The notes under the pieces were generated by a model. That model worked only from the letters and a program-made list of their open reading frames with translations, had not been told where the DNA came from and ran no database searches. A stretch of DNA of 64,000 nt, taken from contig CANQNQ010000004.1 in NCBI GenBank assembly GCA_947625225.1, positions 64,443-128,442 of the forward strand, given 5' to 3'. The stretch is from an uncultured Clostridia bacterium (GTDB lineage Bacteria > Bacillota > Clostridia > Christensenellales > CAG-917). Shown here piece by piece: positions 50,701 to 53,417 of this stretch (the first letter of the stretch is position 1; each line of letters starts with the position of its first letter). The position numbers and the translations under genes were made by a program.

Positions 50701-53347
50701 CGACGGCGCTTGCAAGCTGAGGAACAACGTCCCTGAGGTCGATCTTTACCTTGTCCAGCTTAAGCGCGGAAAGTTGCGCGTCAACGTACACAAATCCGTC
50801 CTGCAGATACACAGCAAGCAACGGTTTGTTTGTGCCCGCCTCGGACGGTTTGTTTGTGCCCGCCTCGGACGGTTTGTTTGTGCCCGCCTCTTTAAGTTCA
50901 ATGGCTGCCGAAGAGGTAAGCAGCGCGGAGATATTAAATCCGCTGCCCGCCACAAGACCGGACAGGTCGATGTCCGCGTCAATGTTCATCTCAATGCCGG
51001 TATCTATGCGCCCAAGCTCAAGCAACAACGCCACCACGATCTTGTCGTAGGCGGTGCCGATGTTTGCATTGTGCAAGATGTCTTCGATCGGGATGTCCAC
51101 TCCGCCCAGCGCCGCTTCCAGCGTTGAGATGTCCAGCTTGATGGAAGTGCCCGCGGTGAGATGGAACAGGTCTGCGTTGAGCACGCCGTCCCTGGTGATG
51201 GACAGATATTTTGCCGCATTGTCCTCTACTTCCTTAAACTTCTGCTTCCATATATCCTTGTTGGAAAGCGAACCGAAGGTTAGCTCGCCGCCCAGGTACA
51301 GCGTGGACACCAGCGGGTTTTCGGGATCGCCAAGCTGCAGGTTGACAAGCTCCAACGTCTTGGACTCGCCCACGCCGTTGTTCTTGTAGACCAATGCCAC
51401 GGGATCGTCGCCGTTGACGATGGGTATCTTTGCGCCGTCAAGGTCGCTGCCGGGGGTGAACACCATGCCGAAGATGGCGTTGAGTATGGTCTCGGTCAGC
51501 TCGACTTTGAGACCGGTGATGTTGAATATGTCTCCGTTTTTGTACAGAGTGGTGCTGTCAAGTATCATCCTGACAAGGGTCAGCACGTCGACGGTGCCGT
51601 CTCCCTCGTCCGCGGCGATGGCGTCGTGCGGAATGATTATGTCCGCGTTGCCAACCAGCCTGTCATACTCGGCGGCGGAAGCGCCCAAGCCGTTTATGGC
51701 GCCCACAACGGTGTCGAACAGGTCGGTGACCGCGCCTTTGAGCAGCTCGTTGATGTTGATGTCCGTCACCTTGAAGTAGGTGTTGCTGTCGCCAAGCAGA
51801 CCGCTTGCGTCAATGTACACGCAGTTGGTCTCGCCCGAATAGTACGCGCCAACGCGCGGCTTTGTGCCGTCGCCCGTGGCAAGCTCCGCCATAATGCGGG
51901 TCTTGGAGTAATCCTTGGTGTTTATCTCGCCCTGCACCGTCAGCGTGACGGTGATGGTCTGTCCAAGAGAAGTGATCGCCGTGTTGAAGAGGGGCTGCAG
52001 GCTTCCCAACATGTCGGGATCGAGGTTGTTTTGCAAAATATTTGTGAACAGCGAACCGAACGAACCCAATGCGTCGTTTATGGTAAACTGCTTGTTTGCA
52101 AAGTCTATTTCGAGGTTTACGCTGCCGTCGATGGTCAGCAGCGAGTAGTTTTCGTCCATCTCCTTTATCTTTTGATAGAAGGACACGGCGTTGCCTTCCT
52201 CGTCAAGCTCCATGCGGGAGCCGAGGAAATCCACAAGTTTAAGGTCGGGCGTGCCGACAAATCTTGCCTTGGACTCGCCCAGCATTATGCCGATCTCCTC
52301 CTGGAATCTGCCGTACTTTTCCTCGAGATCGGGCAGACCGTATGAATTGAGGTTGAGACCGATGTCCGTGTACATCTGCTGCAATTTGCCGTCCTGGATG
52401 TCCGCGGTGATGTTGAGCGCAATGCCGCTGAGGCTGGCAAGTTTGCCAAGGTCGAGGCCGATGACGTCCTCCACAAGGCCGATGATGTCCTCGGGAATGA
52501 CGCCCTGCAACAGAGGAAGAATCGTTGCGACAAGCGACAAGTCCACGGGAAGCTCTATAACGGTGTGACCGTTGCCGTAATCATAGTAGTGGCTGGAGGA
52601 ATTTGAAAGCAGCAGACCGACGATCAATTGCTCTATCGTCATGTCGATAAGGTCGATCTGCATATTGGGCAAAAGACCCTTGATGAGGTCGTTGAGGTTG
52701 TAGTTGAACAACTTGTTGTACACGATGTCGGAGATGTTGAGTTGGTGGAAAGCGTTGGCAAAAGCGCCCACAAACGAGGGTACGTCGAGGTTGTCCGTCC
52801 ACAAGACGTGCACGCCTTCGTCGCGCTTGATGCCTCTCAGATCCGCAACAAGCTTGCCCTCGAAGTAGTAGATGCCCAAAACCAATTGACCCCGACCCGC
52901 ACTTGCCATGGCGGAGGCGGAATCCTTGTCGATGATGCCGCCCACAAAGTCGTCGGGCACAAACTTCCTTATCTCTATCAACAGCTGGTTTTCTTCAGCG
53001 TCGGCGTCGCCCATGGTGTCGAGGTGACCCGCAAATCTCAGCACGGACAAGCTCTCATAAGCGGACTTTGAAAAGCCCAACACAAATGAGGTGTCAAAGT
53101 TGAGGTATCTGGCGTCCTTCTCCTCGGCGGAGGCGGCCATCGCCGCGTCCTTCAGCATTATCCACGCCTGCTGGGAGTCAATGCGCGACTGGTCCTCAAC
53201 GTCGGTGTTGGGGCCTCCGCCGCTCTGTCCCGGAATGACAGGGGGTGCGCTGGGATTGTTATCCGTTGGATTACATGCGACCAAAGCGACGGTAAGCACC
53301 ATCACCAGGATAAGCATCAACACAACTGCGATTTTTTGTCTTCTCAT
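26750..53347 (-). CDS. Giant predicted lipoprotein, 8,865 aa, novel modular architecture (putative surface fibril/adhesin; function unknown)
   Basis: The reading frame is open for 26.6 kb without interruption. The start is taken as ATG 53347, with GGAGG 7 nt upstream. The N-terminus MRRQKIAVVLMLILVMVLTVALVAC-NPTDNN is a lipoprotein signal with an L-V-A-C lipobox. Module-end and linker motifs recur at the protein level without nucleotide repetition, which argues for real coding. The gene has its own promoter and terminator. Confidence 0.9.
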   Translation of the reverse strand: MRRQKIAVVLMLILVMVLTVALVACNPTDNNPSAPPVIPGQSGGGPNTDVEDQSRIDSQQAWIMLKDAAMAASAEEKDARYLNFDTSFVLGFSKSAYESLSVLRFAGHLDTMGDADAEENQLLIEIRKFVPDDFVGGIIDKDSASAMASAGRGQLVLGIYYFEGKLVADLRGIKRDEGVHVLWTDNLDVPSFVGAFANAFHQLNISDIVYNKLFNYNLNDLIKGLLPNMQIDLIDMTIEQLIVGLLLSNSSSHYYDYGNGHTVIELPVDLSLVATILPLLQGVIPEDIIGLVEDVIGLDLGKLASLSGIALNITADIQDGKLQQMYTDIGLNLNSYGLPDLEEKYGRFQEEIGIMLGESKARFVGTPDLKLVDFLGSRMELDEEGNAVSFYQKIKEMDENYSLLTIDGSVNLEIDFANKQFTINDALGSFGSLFTNILQNNLDPDMLGSLQPLFNTAITSLGQTITVTLTVQGEINTKDYSKTRIMAELATGDGTKPRVGAYYSGETNCVYIDASGLLGDSNTYFKVTDININELLKGAVTDLFDTVVGAINGLGASAAEYDRLVGNADIIIPHDAIAADEGDGTVDVLTLVRMILDSTTLYKNGDIFNITGLKVELTETILNAIFGMVFTPGSDLDGAKIPIVNGDDPVALVYKNNGVGESKTLELVNLQLGDPENPLVSTLYLGGELTFGSLSNKDIWKQKFKEVEDNAAKYLSITRDGVLNADLFHLTAGTSIKLDISTLEAALGGVDIPIEDILHNANIGTAYDKIVVALLLELGRIDTGIEMNIDADIDLSGLVAGSGFNISALLTSSAAIELKEAGTNKPSEAGTNKPSEAGTNKPLLAVYLQDGFVYVDAQLSALKLDKVKIDLRDVVPQLASAVGGEDSAEEAYAAAPEESGGMSIDSILSIVAGMLSEVSFGQNVIKLALTFGALQELVGNLGGIQLNPMITSGESSAQLWLDFSKGLNLPGVQVGFGVKLGDLMDLNLAIEGIDAGLHDTVSNYLPEDADTYVDIYNNPLVSLDLNLGIEFKADQGGVDLQDLDIVFDDAIDFGYELRISGRLDLAPVVQYLVGKTDILTTYNQSAFVIELIGNKWGEKSLLIGLYYVDGMLYADLSNFGFNQFATDIDLMGLIMGLVAKDTVVNLNGQAAEGVEAMAAAPGDDAAAIDVLINVLVTLSSEHLRIELMEGIVDALYKLVGISMQDFELYLDVAFDALKKGTEDGIVLEGAVKNSYGESTGSLKLSIGNTKITVGALTDCFVTRSGKPHKIHDYFDENSLVESYTDLNLFNASGDLIMPTVSAELQGTISFGAENGVYPDWQIGDWINALVDVKDVEIKNFIQRLVMQYTVPSSVEQAIGFRIALNARFNPNVTVDIRDNARFVPVDDSDLAAVSARYAELYWLSDGAQLYEAAQRDAGGVVQRPVISNTDGTTQPDTTAKLYVKKYLPDGRSFVPVDKTDGDVYVLDGDMYVKVNAASVKEGEQIYAIGDLFDIDYILSHSGIAIELYNEDIETIMGLEDDAARREHALLMVRLVYNGEVNDVPSSTMYIDLSDGFHLAISNFNLGDLIKSIGGGNSTSDPAAGGSAEAYSADDPQSGASGGSTVDTLLKLLPQLISRIALGEEGLKINFATGLVTALVNMITGKSLTPDQMPALDTTNSYLQLLWKSNASDYRINFSVGIQPLSIGVTLSKIALGVGKEAQILPLDFNRDIYTSLDKLDSISLNAQLSLDLTLKAQSEELKLHNLLDAFGVEFATKLGIDITQDNFYALDLRVGGNLALDDPSRTRLMIELTEGDLGNIIAIYIFGSSIYVDLGVLSDEAIYLENVGLSKLIGDKVKELLGTANSAIGGDTPMPGPDAGGGAEAMAAADPEDITDTDLAAIIELGQGSLQLTIGQAVIAGIIAAVLTQIPSVNFNFDNLLNTLDLDLILNALLQIDETGVMARLDLGSNLIDLSLGIDNIDVITGNSDPLYDELESEVSQKISQKDVLTGDAGDRDVYYLVKETAAGDGAPEQYILKKSFDGTTYTRVDENEYVDHFVDRSEVRVVTIDLKLFIEYSTGATYRYIADAQELSAYDESERYMRRVSDGRFVQDKGGQYVRTPFDLNAVLDFVFGLLPLDGIAGTMLPSYHFNNNDGILSADKSTFPLKQLLDQLGLDLLFGHAIYDGLMLHITGKLDLDKLGLGDLSTLDFDSIPTFDTNTILGALEARVSLDFTYETAVQPSDRSFVDFYLIDRVIYADLSGIGGPQVKMSLQRIMDLINSASGSAEEALAAAPEGSSGVTNTLQMILNTLVKSIALQSRTWTTNKALWRIEAINLLFNSNMFYKMFTSETFKNVFGATLNIPAENLELVEDGDYASGLYVTLADNKHFEGFTSNGALTLKMLLAFANFNAPSEDKIVPYATEMTLGLDVGVGFEDPGAGSLLDPDAQMNYIDFEQYLDTILALANGADKGDNEGEQYVSLTASGMLYFNSADVATYDIGSMGMLSNLLGDLMIQLQTAGQYNSGIGLKIAANIDLAHVDLAKLFEASDADFLTKIKNFVNSEGTDLSTLELAIQLVKTNEQGRFARYDNGEPIVLAGIYLNAGSLYIDGTGIATSAEQYARVDDFEAYARRIYREGLSGVFGEEASAAADEITDPIDVETRNALIALVYSDEAIKIQLTKALIAIVLGSFVDGLGDIADVFENMELSVDFEIGADEYKPLAELETTDPDLFNKFKKEDLFRQEIYKYYEEETFKEYIDDGDMSDYYVAIGANGNYSFYPVDSTTLWQKDGEEDYTAVEYKGDVVTGIESGDYFVLDNAVYNKVQFVTKGKDTTASSDLYLGIDVAGGGADGKTHLALRNYGMYFGMEKAVEGAEGGLTQTEYIPTTIYVNDDAHNLHTFVSYNGSYSQAKLEDRLFGYVREPEADLSNDKDYLYYRTVRSYTDLSEFSLGVALQMGTLSLGLRIGAIDIGIGGGGDQLLPDYIRDGVAHSYTTSDGKEHGYIRDEYNALETKPEIEEVPVTKLSDSIITLEFSVELNLDITSGALDFGMIFAGILGELAGVRLDVPNTAIGYSSAHFRLDFALTLDMHSFSDLELKLELVQVTSTGFDLLWAGIYFFNGGLYFDLSNVFGIPKMSMSDINVETVLRSLFDMIRGVGSGSSSGDEALASANAAVGGMGAGNNNIDYDNPDLALLLFLNKNDLALVIGDVLFELVLEYLPDDLLGFPIRDLFYEEINGNLSVELNTEDDIDLSLSATLGLPGDRYYSTATMTKEQNKPGELTADLLAVYNDLTDITTNTRYYVFVEDTAGTYIMGGNGRYIRPLMPNDVTDGQTLYKKYRLSDKDGAFEVYEVLSNSAMEELAASPIELEGEKVYNIFYCVDGAAANITTVSDYGKHDMNLQLGLAIKDLGVRFSNSRTSVINSEDLDGYTGFGDLDHVTLNEIIDITTDFKPGDDNSVDLSSVFELLGFDLDPESVLISALGDDGGDVERSIRLRLDVDVQLLGLANYARTHLITVENQDGEMGFLDVVELLRAVFDGQINILDHVTELLNYIDLSLILETKGSGDEDYHTLVGIYLSSGSYKKLEADNLNEDSADYVKPADRYDHYYKAGFGNYKYVVNEGVGSYVILTAEEKSQYIEAVDGAYKQDENGNYVEIGEGEEYEGTRYAVNNAYVAPADRYTYDSVNCYQNDNGNYMHTEGGLYVDLTYFNLPSLEVPSNMVNDLLGSLGGTSAGGAAEAMAAADTQADAAIDLPLLSGENATIADYIRGLVYGFSITSKYISILLKPDYINTILTLIMGDDALQFDASEFVNYPSLYLYTDMSKFRYVDEDKLLNSVVEAYDELYKQYKESVSDDEARVNALRDMLRAPGYVELQSLLNASRQRFSVTTYTKDTDKGMYYVDSDGGMALKADMSEIDKANYDTKMSEGEKDANGNPYAYYDVTATVTYIKVGDAYVAYTDANRAQIDAAEKDKEYETIGIEMPKLYVQAADGNYTEAEGLYLAEELEARNPLLKLNLYLWNHSIGLSLNFPQLGAIPYKYVLGNDPKAQELDYPADARFVDVVEDVFDSVDKASDGMGAYIEDYYTADSFDATKYLKDPRYIENDNKYFPINADTLYIQDEGGQYVKVTDGAKTFPDFLTEMVNKHTVYYVDCRTEDSAAFVQLRRPYIYKRYDNNAKSKRQLAVGETKADGTEYSEGEYSVRVMQESVIQKPDFTDEQYNDYMYDDYLSVGKLNFVAITLRGSMFVNAGKIYLDYATYNEFYKQLHEGGEVPDETLKGIAYKKYHGGYQAVTDESEIKALKANNQLYVLANSGLDARLGINEALGDVLGTVFGQLEGNFQVTDDATLRLYFEIKINLSFEISIVPLRFFLRDLDVAIDAWMEQNDKLATGGYVTADDRASGNYEGALLDGSLTHMLGIYYSHDEHTGKSAIYLDLEWLLGKDAKIAVDMSDYSLEDILNGVLDGVLDNDLVSTQEAIPAADFDPYSVYKEGHGRTDIGLFINIFTGAIGVDITAGFIGAIFNSLLPDLSLAGSSISDLLPNLQAYLKLDLYPYALTLGGLLLNEDGTKPILDMGIQIEGLNGEMGKSSYIAFGDEADIKTKQTGYDYIFYYANFYHDLENGNFGKNGDGKDYVELTKVGDQEYYVDAEGAYKYEDNVMSLIGEEAYIDTRYSQYTDAPEMRYSKSGSVMVEVKDGIGGRYAFGSEHLTGYDANLYTVYNGVNTELKDVPGLNLTTSVYRDIVNKDGFVNFTNNLMVLDRNNNNRYIEVNKLQLQGFTGVGNLQYVKVADINNETYKTTVHDPIVANYATPVTIDGEQYLPLDTNGNGYTDMNEADLVGPEVIAYKKVDDFANYTQALSLDLEDIISGAKEFEITEMLGGLNTVELDLSLAIEMRLTDVINWTHQMTQFFGAEIEDFVYMLVTSLYEEGKEGGEGAEPFESTIGFDIDLKAYLPINNLIAQLTAPAEDRDIIAALKGTKVYLEVTYDTNFHGDDTATAYIWLEFDETTGKLNLMMDVTDIAEIVGFGDFFSYAKAEGIDIAGLLSGLGVGGASEAYTSADEDVDTGILPENIFDIINLIVGRLLVANDFITVGLNETLLGDLIAMFSDTDNEIIAGVMQYMPKLFTSMGADTSGLTINLYGEAPSIDLNMGFQMGTDYYLTFKEYNDMYGENGQRNKGDDLPAGMAHYHLEGGEYVLCTDTSCTREDAKYVLVMNDEYALIGYAYPNWKGTAYTLNAATGAFEEAADGAYLKLGDFGFGVHITDLGVAVNKDFSVDKNVVMYQSVLRDEQGYVVDDKGTRLKDLNGEEYKDPYVGINDLKVELSTSINVSLYGDPTADDTTIELGQLLDMILGLVGGGAGSAIKGSAFNINITNALGKKEGTFLTLDIKAYLDLKDFNIAARIDLLKHSVNGDGTGVVLGIYLDKDGNVGIDLSGILGPTAKLKLGGIKLGGSTGPLGSMLSGLLGDLMGTDAAATSSVDALAAAGDIDTVKQLMKEYAYLMILVNPQKILLQLNADIINAIYSKVMQLRGEDPDVWQQDLLPDIGDIMLKLDASGKKTAMGLTLRLSDALYVGLDIPGVTMLRKNYASADFFAAGENTGKIDFDDGTWVNLGTLDIASLIGGDGVSVDKLFGEDGMTLPTIGIQMGVELTLNASGLTNKDAKYDNSFAGWVTNLLKDTLAGSSLFGTYKLVENMSEDELRRAGDKRYNLDAASGAYLESADGKYGFVMADFNLVLPNGAVTLKVDLQADLNIMALITYGIGGILFSDLQLTLSMGSPVNKEIAKIYYLGSSRLNNGNLTYESSAGKFDSTHAYNDAIFIDLTGLGLGKIKFQGISGLLGVSPYQSATTASAAMSAADGFSAADSIGSADGTSSSGEAGAAGGLTVNLGIENGKVSISINKGLLNSVFGMLGLALPFELPIEQIDLSLLTGDSGISQIAVNARLDNEGTSLSATINPININFGSGILKTKDLIEEVKVGYAGLTLSNTAGTSNLIQNILDGIGLYAKIEIQNKVWSAVATNPRDESTRSFYTETKTLLRGQRVYHDGSMTKDNPGYILKLDLEATRGTAGSDKGGGWTTNGGSTVVSVPVLFGGNNLWIGNQTNNLIVGLGGNPVGDAIMQAIGNGAILPMDLGSMMGSGKLFDFVSGSDGDNDQYAVPAAGNSGVTGWDSGKTSYSYPLQLTNLIKSVELDLFNSNGYWPYYSSMKSSSMHNNGMGNISVKVELNKDAYNELILMVDVLLLNMINGKSHSNPDGVYAFDVSKVDTDTSKDATTYSGAAYTFKKHNPDGSTSDVTVSGHLDAVFDELDYLLQHDATTEQKVALIEPLARSIPAAFIKFILEGVNVTAVGDLWKGNVLSSLVTDTIGNLSRLISNILPLPFASGDISPSLNIYIDVDPQKSDYGITDGGITMHPGIQAIEIFVNGKKNGVGTSMLYNNAATTTVSSFKNRTVTSTGASNYDGTNKTNKTTTSLNNAWDYFMLSLTPYGNESSSVQDPMLGFLDSDSANLTDTSGVTVPQAIYITNPATGAGYLSANGQANSNIGTFDRLTDNYFYTNPTKFPRVANVVYGKKDGGNTQNSFLAGSTAAPGTSIVWDASTIDYTPSNSSEPRIGGFVYGYALNTVMYAIPVYITNNYQYMNSVKEAVAGNQSKAIQLDMKQDSSTYNTKLPDEVVVSLRNDTSNADVRFGTYLEDAEGNMAYAILITAGTGINNNWEKATATKGTDSKGASVDSGHTFHSSVMSTVTYNNVEYNLYPAYIAGLAKNSADGSYITQDIGGVTYYFILKDQFVDKKVPAGTFKWNLDDFAFNWSGAGSRGDQGENLTVGFTYQWGFATPVSGKLGIPVKNYYIASLTGLSGNGITLDGNSALKLGSTQGKDGYEFTLSIDAINMTSDISDLVAYLNKLTTAKGIYGNSLNGDTFDDLDVKFDTTELEKALAAIKTGDGKYDYYKGLDVTVPVTLGASKFKVEYTSTNADGSHTTGFKGSESIGSDNMIGQTVMIRIVVNSYTFASAETNYTFDPYQYKEVKFDNIVGDTFTADAAHKPTLRFRVRNADGSYVTREISYDANMEEQSADAALTFDTKTVYILNDKGEYVDAHKSNTVAGGTTFMLDEDAMISYEGYAYAKEHPLYIKVDLGTDYSGKQTFYVPITVKSFTQRGVATMDILHADTFNPLWYKSDAYKSLASVELTDENGNTVTHTMYPDWSTVVYYTNSNFNIEKPVQDISGQSLVYAKVRMTATEDGLGHKYVGTDPEKHRVYEAQTFSLRISVEQQNEFKSVRFFNGGDIYATTKGGTDAAATNALTAQMQDVSNYTATVYAQTHTIDGVAFGIDPLVYAAHPEYYFKNNNGRPYWGNFYVDEKGAIKTDGNMLLGTAVLVEPFPIALNTSIYDTKLYKLVDGKYVEVGDGDTPEYKLNKNTNQYEPYTDGDKGTPYIAYIQSWNETLGKVAIGGKQITLNESLGGHPLPEFKVNVPDYNVTAVKSVTGGTFTLNSGDLTADGMLTLTHDVYTAWSMPDAATVTTAQGNGDIAAKILWSNSNALTSSENVQQDEDGKYFITRTYQLGMGENNAVKTAQLTAKLYLENYGVDVQWSLNNQGSEYTIFGAKPQWASTATVMIGGETKSTTVPVLWQDSRTLPTLAEINAGKMTRSYVLPIGKNGTQRVKGSAEITINSAAAFKDSHGADFTGDMHAGTLGYTLKAEYFFDGLPTQGTVNGNTVKFSWTVKSGQYTTKGGELDMNLTVSGNDLTLSNLPVHVILEKAEITEVLNNTKDTIWAYDVYGGEFGNMFANGSTLDVKINGKTNKSLKVNYNLAEVDSKLGGSLQAFYDNVANYFGKVFTLKATFDFTGANWLPEDEKEFEFNMYVMDRTFIAFENARYRSLIIDPNYTANVDGYDNPLNVITSSFGGNFIANGTDTVSVEVDWSPINAMIASKTSNTSFMLETVFAIADAKGYYVKNATGKYVPYTSGNVQRYYLVKQSINVPVTILNRDILDSEVVFSNAVKYLYTDTSRRDITTQTVVGFEGGVREDGRYIDITYSRTTHLPTTFTFYNRYSYAGPKDATLTPANMPLRLRLKFANNSSDVYYITYGEKLEDGSIVNGVPTIDEIENLTGTNRFNVNVHVWSKNPEEAGAFEVMDPFTVEFVIRASALTMYNSDIAYDDMSYGDYKYSYDPYNTQSMVASGMFKDSMTYYVDGQFISAESWWNEGRSANFGITSYSATWEKRHTNYLVYTRDGSTYTEGIRNNQQVYYTYNESNRTYSKYTGDVEDGYAAADGRTLYIFIYVTTLKMNLTWDDSTADYSYRGGVTRVKATATSTSYGHNCAATFDVPVLVNSAVATDVKMPDDYSNEFWNATLNAFVVDPLGNNDIRERTGTYTGQRFSLADDGVSYVKDKLGTFGIDGDTYFELDEAQLGTYTYLPKTLKLTLENGKTVDVDVTWDLSNVVINYKGSATPYIARAYVDNTKYNHGVDIGSQRFTFDVYVADRSVKRPNDGSFRSLDAYAKYGSDGTEATATEAIDPYDDQALVNPTMPDSIELYFNPASFSRSTDGSISQGTGMNDSRTFTVGAADGNRLEWNYGKYNPTWKGGVTYVTAILTSANGVVQEYDVPLLVQRKVVTSLSYKPDPTNTSTTTWNIKTKEGVEAYEQYTSEVDGTYTVSPKNARTLSLPSAYTVYFKSWNPKYNYSTKQADFKSAGVGTDSNIAYNYLTTSMPASAEWTAKNGKWDWSGKTGNGTIQIGTQQTITVKMDLDTSVSATVSGGVVSGVTVNSSYGQNELPSQIGDVPVAWVGRVTVSKLSGGSPVTFPVILSAASGNISLPTFGSRNVVYTLCCVYCPLVDVNGAVVLTKSADANHGTSAVKAGDKIPYGLGWVHPASGQEVTVTING
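26753..35755 (-). other. C-terminal ~3,000-aa region of the giant protein: Thr/Asn/Tyr/Gly-rich, with recurring Ig-like W...GG...VPV units
   Basis: At least 10 degenerate units match the pattern [VIL]xW(D/S)xS...(K/R)GG...V.A.....Q..(D)VP(V/L)xV. Examples are VDVTWDLSNVVINYKGSATPYIARAYV...FTFDVYVADRSV, MNLTWDDSTADYSYRGGVTRVKATA...FDVPVLVNSAVA and RLEWNYGKYNPTWKGGVTYVTAILTS...YDVPLLVQRKVV. The protein ends ...CCVYCPLVDVNG...EVTVTING with no LPXTG. Confidence 0.55.
35756..52900 (-). repeat. Protein-level array of about 13 large degenerate modules (about 260-745 aa each) in the giant protein
   Basis: Each module ends with a motif like ..(L)(L/V)xGIY(L/Y)xxGxLYxDLSxxG.. followed 25-60 aa later by a low-complexity linker with the core [AS]E[AE]x[AS][AS]A[DP]. 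Linker cores lie at about 51590-51700, 50657-50695, 49862-49909, 48569-48589, 47726-47761, 46505-46558, 45449-45475, 43886-43915, 42148-42225, 39950-39992, 38212-38270, 36936-37003 and 35756-35870. After each linker comes an amphipathic ..ID.LL.LL..L...I.L.....L.I.L...L..A.....-type segment. Confidence 0.7.
50821..50890 (-). repeat. Perfect 24-bp tandem repeat, 2.9 copies, in frame (EAGTNKPS x3)
   Basis: ACGGTTTGTTTGTGCCCGCCTCGG is repeated at 50821, 50845 and 50869 on the plus-strand text. It encodes KEAGTNKPSEAGTNKPSEAGTNKPLLAVYLQDGFVYVD. Confidence 0.95.
53273..53347 (-). other. Lipoprotein signal peptide and lipobox of the giant protein
   Basis: It has an RRQK n-region, a 17-residue hydrophobic core and an LVAC lipobox. 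The Cys25 codon is at 53275..53273, followed by a Pro/Gly/Asn-rich tether (NPTDNNPSAPPVIPGQSGGGPN). Confidence 0.8.
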
Positions 53348-53417
53348 ACATCTTCCTCCAAACCCACACATACGCCTTAACGTGTACGCAACGTACGCAT
53401 AGATTTTATACGGTAGT

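Noticed and set aside
50821-50890. The 24-bp tandem repeat was considered as a possible mini-CRISPR or other non-coding array.
   Set aside because: There are no spacers because the units are directly adjacent. The repeat is in frame inside a coding region, and no cas genes are present.
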